A stretch of DNA of 64,000 nt from the NCBI GenBank assembly GCA_040285825.1, contig JAUPSS010000010.1, positions 928,881 through 992,880 of the forward strand, read 5' to 3'. The translations under genes were made by a program, and so were the position numbers. Under the pieces are notes generated by a model. That model searched no databases and was not told the DNA's origin. It worked only from the letters and a program-made list of their open reading frames with translations. The stretch's first letter is position 1; the number at the start of each line of letters is the position of its first letter. Source of the DNA: Eukaryota sp. TZLM1-RC. Taxonomy: Eukaryota; Protista; Metamonada: BaSk clade. Below, piece by piece: positions 34,341 through 45,190 of the stretch.

Positions 34341-34800
34341 GCAATACCTTCTGCTAATTAAAAGTAAAATGAGACCAATTTGTGTATTTACAAGTGTAAT
34401 TTCTGACACTGCCGAACTTTTCTATTGTTTCAAAAAATTGGTATAGCCTCCTTTTGATTGATTCATTGAAATTTGAAACTGATTATTCGAATTTCCATTG
34501 ATACAATATATAAAGTGAATAAATAAATAAATAAAAGAATTGTTCTTTCGTCTTTTGACAAACAGAATGTTTAACTTGTTTGCAAGCTTATCGAAATGAA
34601 CAATGGGTTGGTTGATTAATGTTACAATGATATATTTCAATGACCTATTTTGGCTACTGAAAGTGTAAGGTTCAGTTGTTGTTTACAAATCTGTAAAGGT
34701 GGAGTGGGATTTCATCATTGAAGATTATGTCATACTTAAGTGTCATTCATAACATCCGGGTTTCGCTCAAATGCTCATTGATGGTATAATGGTAGCTAAT

Positions 34801-34822
34801 ATGACAGGTAAGCATGACGAAA
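34801..34822 (+). promoter_or_regulatory. Upstream motif shared by both TRIM-like paralogs (ATGACA-S-GT-M-AGC-R-TGACGAA)
   Basis: atgacaggtaagcatgacgaa here versus atgacacgtcagcgtgacgaa on the minus strand near 43082-43102, both about 55-75 nt before the ATG. Confidence 0.4.
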
Positions 34823-34873
34823 AACCCTTCAAATATTTTGTTTCATCATTCATTATCTCATCTTCATTTTCCA

Positions 34874-36916
34874 ATGTCTCACCTAGAATGCGGAATATGC
34901 CTTCAGATCATGGAGCAACCGACTACGCTACCTTGTGGCCATAGCTTCTGTCGTGATCGATGTCTGTTGCCCTCAAAGAAGCATAACTCCACCTGTCCTC
35001 AATGCCGCGAGGAAATTCCATCGATGTGTCACCGTATCAATATCACTTTGCGCGACATCATTGAATCCTCCACTCAACACTCTCCTGAACCTCAACTCTG
35101 TAAAGGATGTGAAGATGCTGCTGCCACCCTCTTCTGCTCTGATTGCGATTCTTCGTTCTGTAAGAACTGTTCTGATCAAGCTCATACCCTGAAGCTGTTC
35201 CAGTCCCATAACATCGTACCCCTATCCGAACGCTCCAATGTCTCCTTGCCAAAATGCCCTCACCATAAGGGTAAGCAAATCGAGCATTATTGCACCAAGT
35301 GCAAGGTTGCTCTCTGCGATTCATGTGGCTTGCTCCAAGGCCACTCACTTCACCACGAAGCTCTTGTTTCTTTTTCGCAAGCCAAGGAAGCCTTCACAAA
35401 GCAAATCGAAGAGTTTCAAGCCAAGGCTTCTACTATTACCCCCTTGGTAGCTCAATCAGGGGATAAAGTAGAATCTGTCGTGAGGGAAACCCTCAATCAA
35501 TCCCAATCAATTCTTCATGATTTGATTGGTGATTTGATTAGACAGTCAGGCACCAAACTTCAGCAGTTTGAGTCCTCAAATACTGTTGAAGAATCACTTG
35601 CTTTTGATGGTTCTGCCAAGGAAAGAGCTCAAGAAGAGATTCAAAAGATTTATAATGTAGTTGATGAATTTAAATCTAGTTTATTTTCTTGTTTTGATAA
35701 TTTAGAATCTGAAACTATTGGTTTTAAGCTATCTTTATTAAAATTACTTGGCAAGGAGTTGATTGATGTTGACAAGCTGAATATTTCAAAAAGAGCTCAA
35801 GAACTTGTCTTTGCTGCCCAAATTGGTCAAGATTGTGTCCCTCCAAGAGATGAAATTGATGAATTAATTCATCTTGAAATTGATTTGGAATTAAAACAAA
35901 AATTAATTATCAATTTTGTCACAAATTCAAAATCAATTAATGTTTCAGATTTTATTTGGCTCTTTAACCTTGAATCTAATTTAGTTTCTAATATTGATTT
36001 TGATTTGGTTATTTCTAAATTGGAATTTGGTAGGGTTTCCAATCAAGAATTTATTAATGTTGTTAATTTTGCAATTCAACATTCTAATTCTTTGTTATTA
36101 AGCAAGGTTATTGATAATTATTCATTTGAATTATTTCCAGAATTACCAACTATTCCAAGTAATTTATTATCAAACATCACTTTAACAAATTCTTTAAATA
36201 AAACAAAAGAAGAATGGTTGGAGAAGGTAATTAAAAAGAATTGTTCAAGGGACAATATTGGTGAAATTTCCAGAAATTTATTAGGAAGGGAATTGATAAT
36301 CAAACCAATTAGTGTTGGGGTTTGGGTTTATTCAGGTCACATTAACGACCTAACCACCAAGCTTAATAAAGGTTTAACTGAAAATTGGGGGGATTTAGAA
36401 GTTGTTATTAATTCAAGTGGTAACGACATCAACAATTACAACGAACTTGAACCTTTTGATGTGGTGGTTTTGTCTCCTTACCATGTCTCTTGTCCCGGCC
36501 AATACCTAAACCAGCTGTTAGAAGCTGGTCAAGGTTTGGTATTGTTCAACTGGAATCCACAAAAAAGTCCCCAAGGGTTTAATTACTCTTGCTTTAGTGA
36601 GGGTAAATGGAGTAACCTTGGATCACAACAAAACATTGTTAAAACAAAGTCAAATGACCCAATATTCACAAATGTCAACTCTTTTGCTGTTCCTAATGCT
36701 CGTAAAGATGCCCAACTTGTCAATGGAACCTTGTTGGCAAGTGTGTCTAATGGAAGTCCTTTAATTGCAAAGAATGAAATAGAACAAGGTAGAATGGTGG
36801 AGTTTGGTTGTGTTTATTGGAGTAGTGATCTTAATAGTAGTTCTGGCTGGCAAAGCTCAACTGATGGTCACAGGTTGATTGCCAATTCTATTGTATGGGC
36901 TAGTAAAGGGATTTAG
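34874..36916 (+). CDS. TRIM-like E3 ligase: RING, B-box1, B-box2, coiled coil, helical linker, C-terminal alpha/beta domain
   Basis: CGICL..PCGHSFC..C..CPQCR RING; CKGC..FCSDC..FC..C..H..H; CPHH..YCTKC..LCDSC..H..H. ATG 34874 matches the paralog start. Confidence 0.9.
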   Translation: MSHLECGICLQIMEQPTTLPCGHSFCRDRCLLPSKKHNSTCPQCREEIPSMCHRINITLRDIIESSTQHSPEPQLCKGCEDAAATLFCSDCDSSFCKNCSDQAHTLKLFQSHNIVPLSERSNVSLPKCPHHKGKQIEHYCTKCKVALCDSCGLLQGHSLHHEALVSFSQAKEAFTKQIEEFQAKASTITPLVAQSGDKVESVVRETLNQSQSILHDLIGDLIRQSGTKLQQFESSNTVEESLAFDGSAKERAQEEIQKIYNVVDEFKSSLFSCFDNLESETIGFKLSLLKLLGKELIDVDKLNISKRAQELVFAAQIGQDCVPPRDEIDELIHLEIDLELKQKLIINFVTNSKSINVSDFIWLFNLESNLVSNIDFDLVISKLEFGRVSNQEFINVVNFAIQHSNSLLLSKVIDNYSFELFPELPTIPSNLLSNITLTNSLNKTKEEWLEKVIKKNCSRDNIGEISRNLLGRELIIKPISVGVWVYSGHINDLTTKLNKGLTENWGDLEVVINSSGNDINNYNELEPFDVVVLSPYHVSCPGQYLNQLLEAGQGLVLFNWNPQKSPQGFNYSCFSEGKWSNLGSQQNIVKTKSNDPIFTNVNSFAVPNARKDAQLVNGTLLASVSNGSPLIAKNEIEQGRMVEFGCVYWSSDLNSSSGWQSSTDGHRLIANSIVWASKGI

Positions 36917-37177
36917 TTTGTAAATAAATTGGTTTTTGTGACATGTTTTTGACGTGTTTAATTGATTAATTTAATTTATTTAATTGATTAATTTTGACAG
37001 TTGTGATTTTCCAAGTATCAAGATTTATTTTCAATTACTTATAATTGAAATATTTCATGTGTAACCGTTTATTAAAAAAGAATTTCGTCAGGTTTTGTTA
37101 AGTTTCTATTTAACATTGTAGAGTAAAGAATTTTATACAGAATAAACTTTAATATTTCAATATTTGGGACAAGTTAT

Positions 37178-39721
37178 TTATTTAATCCACTGTAATTGTT
37201 CTTGAATGGCATCAAGACCTTCAACTCTAAGTAAACTCAGTCCTGGCAGTCCTTTCTGGTTACTCTCAATCTGCTCGTAGTAATCACCATCTAATTTGAT
37301 TGACTTGACTGGTATCACATCAGGAAACATTTTTTGCTCATCCAACCAATCAATATCCACAGAATTTGACCTTGCTAATTGATGAATTAAAGAGTAGCCA
37401 GCACATAAATCCTCAAAAAACTCAATAGAACTATCAGATTTAGAATCAGAAGTGAAACAAAATTCATCACCAGAATCACTAATCATTTCCAACTGATTGC
37501 AATCACTTTCCGTTTCAGAATCTAACTCTCTGACCCCAATGGAGTCTTCACTACTTACTACAATGATCTCTTCTTCAAAGTCAGCCTCTTCCTCGGAAGG
37601 TGTCGATGTTAACTGGTCAATCAAAGGATTGATTGATTGTCGAATGATGTGAATCAGTGGATCTTCGAAATTTTGATAAAAAGGTTCCAAATTTTTAACA
37701 TAATCATCCTTTGACATAACATTGAGCTCTTTTACAGCTGGCAATTCATCAACCTCAATCACTTCATCTACATTTACAAATTTAAATACCTGCTTTGTAT
37801 TGTCAGTGTTAGTGACAGGATTCGCCATTGAACTGAATAATAAAGGAGATTGAACCAAAGTCTTTCCTATTAGGGAAAGTAAATCATTTGATTTTGCTTC
37901 ATCTATATCATAAAGATTTAGTATGGTATCCTTCACATCCAAATCCTTCATCAGATCAGATACACTCTTCAAAACCTTATCTCTAAACCTATGATCATTG
38001 CCAGCTTCTAAAAAGTCGCAGAAAGCGGAGAACCCAAGCCCCAAACGATGGTAAGCTTTACCTCTTCTGAATAGACACTTCTCGACTAATTGACCTTGGC
38101 CTAGAAACAGGCCCCTAGATGCATAACTAACTGCTGCTGGGTAGTTCCCCAAACGAAGGAAACATTCGCTAATGTTACTAAGAAACATTCTTCGTTGGTC
38201 TAATTCAGGACAAGGACACTTCCAAAATCCGTATAAATACTCATGAAGAGCATCATTATATCTACCCTTTCTAAACAAGTCATTACCCTTTGCTCGGAGT
38301 TCAGAGGCTACTGCTAATGAAGTAGATGTCTGTTCGAGTTCTGGTTCGTTATCAAATGCAATGTCCTTCCATTTAGCTATTTTAGACAAATATTGTTTTT
38401 TAGAAGCCAATTTCCACCAAGAAAAAGATCGTTGGTAGTACCTGAATAAATGTCGTTCAAAGTTGTTTAAACATTCCAAAGGATTTACCTTGAATAACAA
38501 ACTCAACGCAGCTTCTCCAACCACACAACCACTGTACAGAGCCCAAAACACTGAGGGAATTGGGGGTTCTGGCTTATCAATTAAATTCTCTGTGAATAAA
38601 GATTCTAAAGTGTCAATGGCGGCTGAGAAAACTCCTAATGATTTGAAAGTTGATGAAATCTCAGGATGAGAGGAGATCAAAAAGTTGCAAATTCTGAGCG
38701 AGTCAAGGGAAGTCGCAGGACATCTGATCAGAGAAGCTAAATGTGGAATAATTCCTGACTGATGAACAATCAACATCACGTCATGTGATTGCTTTGATCG
38801 ATTAAGCGTCAAGAGAAATCTCGAGAAAATCGACAATGATATCGACAAAACAGACCAATTATAGGGGACAACACAACATGACCTGGAAAAATTCTTTAAA
38901 TAAAACAAAATAGAATTTACATCAACTGATTTTAAATTAATTGAATCCCGCGTCATAATGTTGAGTAACGCCAGAGTTTGATCTTTGAAATCTACCAAAA
39001 ACTCCAAAGCATGGGCTCTCAGAAAGCAAGAATCTAGCAAAGAATTAAGTCCTGTAGGTGGGTCTGTGAGGTAATTTGAAAAGGTATCTGTGAAGAAGGT
39101 TTTGTGGTGTGGTGAGGCCTTGGATGGGTCAAAAAACACGTCATAAAGAACCTTGATTGGGGAAGTGATTAGGGAGTTAATAACTGTGTCAACAAGGCCT
39201 GATTTGATTGCCAGTCGCCTCAGCAGTCGTTGATCTGATGAAAAACAAAATAAAGCCCTGAGTGCCACTCTTTCTTCTACCCATGAATGAACCCCTCTGG
39301 CTAGCTTCACCAGTTCATCTGGAGCACCTGTATCCCAGATACGAGGAAGCGCACAGCTAGGGGCACAGGAGAAGCAACCATCAAGAACCGAAGCTGCGTA
39401 GAAAGAGAGGAGGGGGTAAGAAGGGTCTGATGTAGGATGTGAGTTGGTACGGCGAAGGATACGGACACAAGATTCTACTGTGCCTGCTTCTACAAGGAAT
39501 TCAATCTTACATGAACAAGAACAGCCACCAACCATCTCAACGAGTGTGTGAAGGGTTTGTTCAATTTCCTTGGTATCAGCTTGATGGAGGGAGTGGAGAT
39601 GTTGGCGCATCCTGTTGCAGTTACGTACATTATCAGGATGTTCAAGGAAGTCACGAAGATAAGAGGGTAACTCATCAGGTTTTATAGCATTTGAAGTACA
39701 ACCAGGATGTGAACACGACAT
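37178..39721 (-). CDS. ARM-like repeat + TPR-domain protein (847 aa) with acidic C-terminus
   Basis: TPR triplet LRAKGNDLFRKGRYNDAL / FLSNISECFLRLGNY / KCLFRRGKAY; helical N-terminus with SWVEERVALRAL. Confidence 0.8.
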   Translation of the reverse strand: MSCSHPGCTSNAIKPDELPSYLRDFLEHPDNVRNCNRMRQHLHSLHQADTKEIEQTLHTLVEMVGGCSCSCKIEFLVEAGTVESCVRILRRTNSHPTSDPSYPLLSFYAASVLDGCFSCAPSCALPRIWDTGAPDELVKLARGVHSWVEERVALRALFCFSSDQRLLRRLAIKSGLVDTVINSLITSPIKVLYDVFFDPSKASPHHKTFFTDTFSNYLTDPPTGLNSLLDSCFLRAHALEFLVDFKDQTLALLNIMTRDSINLKSVDVNSILFYLKNFSRSCCVVPYNWSVLSISLSIFSRFLLTLNRSKQSHDVMLIVHQSGIIPHLASLIRCPATSLDSLRICNFLISSHPEISSTFKSLGVFSAAIDTLESLFTENLIDKPEPPIPSVFWALYSGCVVGEAALSLLFKVNPLECLNNFERHLFRYYQRSFSWWKLASKKQYLSKIAKWKDIAFDNEPELEQTSTSLAVASELRAKGNDLFRKGRYNDALHEYLYGFWKCPCPELDQRRMFLSNISECFLRLGNYPAAVSYASRGLFLGQGQLVEKCLFRRGKAYHRLGLGFSAFCDFLEAGNDHRFRDKVLKSVSDLMKDLDVKDTILNLYDIDEAKSNDLLSLIGKTLVQSPLLFSSMANPVTNTDNTKQVFKFVNVDEVIEVDELPAVKELNVMSKDDYVKNLEPFYQNFEDPLIHIIRQSINPLIDQLTSTPSEEEADFEEEIIVVSSEDSIGVRELDSETESDCNQLEMISDSGDEFCFTSDSKSDSSIEFFEDLCAGYSLIHQLARSNSVDIDWLDEQKMFPDVIPVKSIKLDGDYYEQIESNQKGLPGLSLLRVEGLDAIQEQLQWIK

Positions 39722-39769
39722 TTAGTTATAAGCTATTGAAAGGGTAGCGAAATGTTGGAAAATCCTGAA

Positions 39770-40670
39770 TGATTTAATGTTTTCTTTTGCCAATTTTGTT
39801 GAAAAATTCTTCAAAACATACAGTTGCTTCCCTCAGAATCGTTAAGTCACCTATAAGAACAACATCATCGATATAAACAATCATTTTTAAGGAAGGAAAC
39901 ATTGCTTGAATTTGTAATAAAATTGGATGAATGGCCTGACAAAACAAAAGGGCTCCTTGCTTAACACCACTGAATGATTTCAGAATAGAATCAGCAAAAT
40001 TCAAATCCGAATTTGTGCTAAAAGATGTATGAATATTTGGTAGGAAGAAATTCAACAAAGCATCATGAATACTGCAACGATGAATTGAATAAAAGGCATT
40101 ACTAACAAACATTGGATTCACTTTGATTAAATAGAACATCTGTAGCAAACACTGCTGAAGCAACTTCATCAGTGGTATTGATTCCGTGTTGGAAGGCAAC
40201 AAAATTTGTTTTCTTTTTCTTTGAATCTATTCAAAGAGTAAGCTGAACATTTTGCTCAAACCTTCAGAAACTGCAATTAGACGAACATTCTTTTTTGAAT
40301 TTTTGACAATTGCAGACAAATGTGAACATCTTAATTCTTCAGGGTATTTGAGCTGGCCCGATGAAACTACTAAAAAAAGCTTGTAATATTAAACAATCTT
40401 CAAACGAAATTACCGCAGCTTTGATATGATCTAAAGAAAGACCAGAAAGACTTACAGACCTTCCTCGTGGAATTTTTGACTGTCAAAAAATCTTCTGATG
40501 TAATCAATGAATGGCATTCCCAATAATTTCCATAATAATTTCGATCTGGTAGTGGATCTTCAAATGGATGTAGGTTTTTGAGTTTTTCTGCGGTTTCTTG
40601 ATTATTGGGATCTTTGACTTCTTGAGTTAAAGTAGACAATAAATTCATTTTCACAATTACCACAACTTTC
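39770..40670 (-). mobile_element. Decayed CRE-like RT fragment (family A-related)
   Basis: LHPFEDP, SNAF, SGVKQG, AIHPILLQIQAMFPSLKMIVYIDDVVLIGD across several frames. Confidence 0.85.
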
Positions 40671-40990
40671 TAAGTGTTTTTATTGCTTCATTTTTAAAAT
40701 TAATAAAAAAATTTTATTTTAAAAATGCACAATACAGGCAGTACCACACAAAAATCCTGTGCTAACACAAGGTATCTACAAGAAGAACACCACGGGGCAT
40801 TAAGCAACAATTATAGTTTGTTGAAAGTTTTTATATTCATCTATTGATACCTAGTCAAATGGTACTCATCGTGCCGACCACTAAATACATTGACATCCGC
40901 AATCAAAGAGGACTTGCTGATCACCTGCTAGCGGAAAGAAAGATATTGAAAATGTTTGAAATACACCTCAAAAACCAATTGATTTACAAA

Positions 40991-43027
40991 CTAAATCCCT
41001 TTACTAGCCCATACAATAGAATTGGCAAACAACCTGTGACCATCAGTTGAGCTTTGCCAGCCAGCAGAATCAACATCACTGCTCCAACCAACGCAACCAA
41101 ACTCCACAATTCTACCTTGTCCTATTTCATTCTTTGCAATCAAAGGACTTCCATTAGACACACTTGCCAACAAGGTTCCATTGACAAGTTGGGCATCTTT
41201 ACGCACCCAAGGAACAGCAAAAGAGTTGACATTTGTGAATATTGGGTCATTTGCCTTTGTTTTAACCATGTTATGTTGTGATCCAAGCCTAGTCCATTCA
41301 CCCCCACTAAAGCAAGAGTAATTAAACCCTTGGGGGCTTGATGATGAACAGAAGGTTAACAATACCAAACCCTTACCAGCTTCTAAAAGCTGGTTTAGGT
41401 ATCGGCCGGGACAATTGAAACATTGAGACAACACCACCACATCAAAGGGTTCAAGTTCGTTGTAATTGTTGATGACCTTACTTCTCCAATTAATAACAAC
41501 TTCTAAATCCCCCCAATTTTCAGTTAAACCTTTATTAAGCTTGGTGGTTAGGTCGTTTATGCGATGTGGATTAACCCAAACCCCAACACTAATTTTGGTC
41601 ATCAATTCCCTTCCTAATAAATTTCTGGAAATTTCACCAATATTGTCCCTTGAACAATTCTTTTTAATTACCTTCTCCAACCATTCTTCTTTTCTTTTAT
41701 TTAAAGAATTTGTTAAAGTGATATTTGATAATAAATTACTTGGAATAGTTGGTAATTCTGGAACTATTTCAAATGAATAATTATCAATAACCTTGCTTAA
41801 TAACAAAGAATTAGAATGTTGAATTGCAAAATTAACAACATTAATAAATTCTTGATTGGAAAACCTACCAAATTCCAATTTAGCAATAACTAAATCAAAA
41901 TCAATATTGGAAACTAAATTAGACTCAAGGTTAAAGAGCCAAATAAAATCTGAAACATTAATTGATTTTGAATTATTGATAAAATTAATAATTAATTTTT
42001 GTTTTAATTCAAAATCAATATCAAGAGGAATTAATTCATCAATTTCATCTCTTGAAGGGACACAATCTTGACCAATTTGGGCAGCAAAGACAAGTTCTTG
42101 AGCTCTTTTTGAAATATTCAGCTTGTCAACATCAATCAACTGCTTACCAAGTAATTTACCTAATAAAGATAGCTTAAAACCAATAGTTTCAGATTCTAAA
42201 TTATCAAAACAAGAAAATAAAATAGTTTTAAATTCATCAACTACATTATAAATCTTTTGAATCTCTTCTTGAGCTCTTTCCTTGGCAGCACCATCAAAAG
42301 CAAGTGATTCTTCAACAGTATTTGAGGATTCCAACTGTTGAAGTTTGGTGCCTGACTGTCTAATCAAATCACCAACAAAATCATGAAGAATTGATTTGGA
42401 TTGATTGAGGGTTTCCCTCACGACAGATTCTACTTTATCCCCGGATTGAACTACTAAGGGGGTAATGGTGGAAGCTCTGGCCTGAAACTCTTGAATTTGC
42501 TTTGTGAAGGCTTCCTTGGCTTGTGAAAAAGAAACAAGAGCTTCATGGTGAAGTGAGTGGCCTTGGAGCAAGCCACATGAATCACAGAGAGCAACCTTGC
42601 ACTTGGTGCAATAATGCTCGATTTGCTTAGCCTTATGGTGAGGACATTTTGGTAGGGAGACATTGGAGCGTTCGGAGAGGGGTACAATGTTGTGGGATTG
42701 GAACAGCTTCAGAGTGTGAGCTTGATCAGAACAGTTCTTACAGAACGAAGAATCGCAATCAGAGCAGAAGAGGGTGGCAGGAGCTTCCTCACATCCTTTG
42801 CAGAGTTGAGATTCGGGAGAATGTTGAGAGGAGGATTCAATGATATCTCGCAGAGTAATATTGATACGGTGAGACATTGATGGAATCTCCTCGCGGCATT
42901 GAGGACAGGTGGAGTTATGCTTCTTTGAGGGCAACAGACATCGATCACGACAGAAGCTATGACCACAAGGGAGCGTAGTCGGTTGCTCCATGATATGAAG
43001 GCATATTCCACATTCTAGGTGAGACAT
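40991..43027 (-). CDS. TRIM-like E3 ligase; inverted paralog of 34874-36916
   Basis: Same architecture; near-identical through RING, B-boxes and coiled coil, with divergent patches in the last ~200 aa. Confidence 0.9.
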   Translation of the reverse strand: MSHLECGICLHIMEQPTTLPCGHSFCRDRCLLPSKKHNSTCPQCREEIPSMSHRINITLRDIIESSSQHSPESQLCKGCEEAPATLFCSDCDSSFCKNCSDQAHTLKLFQSHNIVPLSERSNVSLPKCPHHKAKQIEHYCTKCKVALCDSCGLLQGHSLHHEALVSFSQAKEAFTKQIQEFQARASTITPLVVQSGDKVESVVRETLNQSKSILHDFVGDLIRQSGTKLQQLESSNTVEESLAFDGAAKERAQEEIQKIYNVVDEFKTILFSCFDNLESETIGFKLSLLGKLLGKQLIDVDKLNISKRAQELVFAAQIGQDCVPSRDEIDELIPLDIDFELKQKLIINFINNSKSINVSDFIWLFNLESNLVSNIDFDLVIAKLEFGRFSNQEFINVVNFAIQHSNSLLLSKVIDNYSFEIVPELPTIPSNLLSNITLTNSLNKRKEEWLEKVIKKNCSRDNIGEISRNLLGRELMTKISVGVWVNPHRINDLTTKLNKGLTENWGDLEVVINWRSKVINNYNELEPFDVVVLSQCFNCPGRYLNQLLEAGKGLVLLTFCSSSSPQGFNYSCFSGGEWTRLGSQHNMVKTKANDPIFTNVNSFAVPWVRKDAQLVNGTLLASVSNGSPLIAKNEIGQGRIVEFGCVGWSSDVDSAGWQSSTDGHRLFANSIVWASKGI

Positions 43028-43845
43028 TGCAAGATGAAGATGATATAATGAATTGAAACAAAATATTTAAATAAATAAATATTCGTCACGCTGACGTGTC
43101 ATTTTGGATTGCAAATCGTTTTGGACAAATCAGAAGTACTGGCATTACCTAACACAAAGATTCTACTTTGTAGAATATAATGTTGACAAAGAAAACATGT
43201 CTGAAATCTCAGGACCATTGAGTTCCTGTATTCTGTTGAAAACATCCTGTTGTGTTTGTTAAGGATATAAATTGTCAAAATCACAATCGTGGAATTCTTC
43301 AACTGCTGATCTCAATTAGATTGAAAAATAAAAGCAACATCAGTGCTTATTGAATCCTTCAACAATTATCGTTCAAGACACTAAAGCCAAACATTTACAG
43401 AAACTAACGAATGCATCTAATGACTTAAACCTTGACTTCCTAACAAATTATAGTTTTTGTTGGTTTAATTAATCTTTTGTTACAAAATTTAAATGTGATG
43501 ATTTTATCAGAAAACAGCAGTGGTTACCGTCGATTTTCAATTATTCCAACAGTGCATGAAAGTGTTTCTTGTCCCTTCAGATCACAATAATGAAATTAAG
43601 AGTTGTTGTCATCGTGGCTAGAAGATTTAAAATATTTCAAACTGGTTTTAATTCAAATGTGGATATTTCCATTATTACATGCTGATTCTGAATCATTGAT
43701 TCAAATTTAAAACACAGTATATGGAAATAATTAAAGGAAAATAAGTACTTTTTGACAATGGGGAATTAATCTTGAATGACAGTAACAAATCAGAATTGTT
43801 TCAAGTAAAATGTACAACGAATTTATAACAATTCACAAAAAAAGA

Positions 43846-45120
43846 CTAAAAGAAATCAAAATTATTTGACTGGATCGGATTACTGGTTGACTCACCTACA
43901 CTATCGAAAAAGTCATCAACTTTCTGAACACTTTTGGGCTCTGAGTGGACAACATCTCCAAAGAAATCATCAGTTTTTGGTGGTTTTTTATCTTCAAAAG
44001 CACCAAAATCATCAAAAAAGTCTCCTGACGTCTTTTGAATTTTTGGTTTACTACTCGACTCAAAATCCCCAAAGAAATCATCAGTTTTTGGTGGTTTTGT
44101 ATCTTCAAAAGCACCAAAATCATCAAAAAAGTCTCCTGACGTCTTTTGAATTTTTGGTTTACTACTCGACTCAAAATCCCCAAAGAAATCATCAGCAGTC
44201 TCTTTTTTCTTTTCTTTCTTTGGTTTAGATACGGAAATCTCATCAAATAAATCACTCACATTACCTCCAGTTGCCTTTCCAAAAGGTGATGAGCTGGCAA
44301 ATGATGAGCCGGCAGGTTCAAAATTGTCAAAAAAGTCGTCAGTTTTCTCGACAGGTTTTGAACTTTCCTTAAAGAAATCTCCAAAGGGTTCTGATTGAGA
44401 AACTGATTGCTGATTTGATTGAGGTTTTGATAGAGGTTTTGTCTGACTCTCGTTTACACCAAAACTATCAAAAAAGTCTGACTTTCCAGGATTTTTTGTT
44501 TTTTGGACCTCTTTTTGACCCATGGAGTTACCAAATAAAGACAAAATGTCGCCCTTCTCTTCTTTTGGCGACTGCTTGGCCACTGGCTTGGTCACTGAAA
44601 GAAAAGATTCTCCAAATAAAGAATCTTGCTGACGTGTATCAATGGGTGATGACGTCATCGATGACGTGGCAGCTGTTGACGTGGCAAACTCAGGAGCATC
44701 AGTGAAAAAGTTGTCAAAAGCAGCGGGAGAAGGTGATGGTTTTGGTTGTTTTGGTTGTTGTACTTCCCCAAACCAACGTTTGGCATCATACTTGGCCTCT
44801 AAAAACTTTTTAAGTTCAGGTATTGACGGTTTTGTAGGTATGGGGTGTGTGTCGGGATTGTGACGGGCCATGTAAAGAGAGTTTGCAATCCTGTTTCCTC
44901 CATTTTTAAGCAGTTGTACGTCTTCATCAGTGAATTCAGAAGCAAGAATTCCTTTAGTACGATGATTGAATTGGCGATGTATACCAGCACAATGAGTACA
45001 TGTAAAAACGCCTATATTTTCAGGAAGAAAGACACAGTTAGAAGTACCAGGTTTGTTACAATCCACACAGAGTTTGTTCCCATCTTGCCGCTGAAGAGAT
45101 TTGACCGCAGCAGTGGACAT
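43846..45120 (-). CDS. ArfGAP (AGFG/AGD14-like) with a DFF-rich disordered tail
   Basis: GNKLCVDC...VFTCTHCAGIHR zinc finger and catalytic Arg, GGN..AN..Y, KY..KRW; many DDFF/FGDF motifs. Confidence 0.9.
   Translation of the reverse strand: MSTAAVKSLQRQDGNKLCVDCNKPGTSNCVFLPENIGVFTCTHCAGIHRQFNHRTKGILASEFTDEDVQLLKNGGNRIANSLYMARHNPDTHPIPTKPSIPELKKFLEAKYDAKRWFGEVQQPKQPKPSPSPAAFDNFFTDAPEFATSTAATSSMTSSPIDTRQQDSLFGESFLSVTKPVAKQSPKEEKGDILSLFGNSMGQKEVQKTKNPGKSDFFDSFGVNESQTKPLSKPQSNQQSVSQSEPFGDFFKESSKPVEKTDDFFDNFEPAGSSFASSSPFGKATGGNVSDLFDEISVSKPKKEKKKETADDFFGDFESSSKPKIQKTSGDFFDDFGAFEDTKPPKTDDFFGDFESSSKPKIQKTSGDFFDDFGAFEDKKPPKTDDFFGDVVHSEPKSVQKVDDFFDSVGESTSNPIQSNNFDFF
43958..44194 (-). repeat. 111-bp (37-aa) coding tandem repeat x ~2.1 in the ArfGAP tail
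   Basis: aagaaatcatcag recurs at 43961, 44072 and 44183. Confidence 0.9.
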
Positions 45121-45190
45121 CGACTAATACCTCAAAAACGTCAAATAGTAGTAACCCGTTAAGATTACTGGACGATGAAGGTGAAATTAA

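Noticed and set aside
36300-41600. Diversity-generating retroelement explanation for TRIM C-terminal variability (RT genes nearby)
   Set aside because: Differences between paralogs are not adenine-specific and include indels, no template repeat is visible, and the RTs are non-LTR type with RLE domains.
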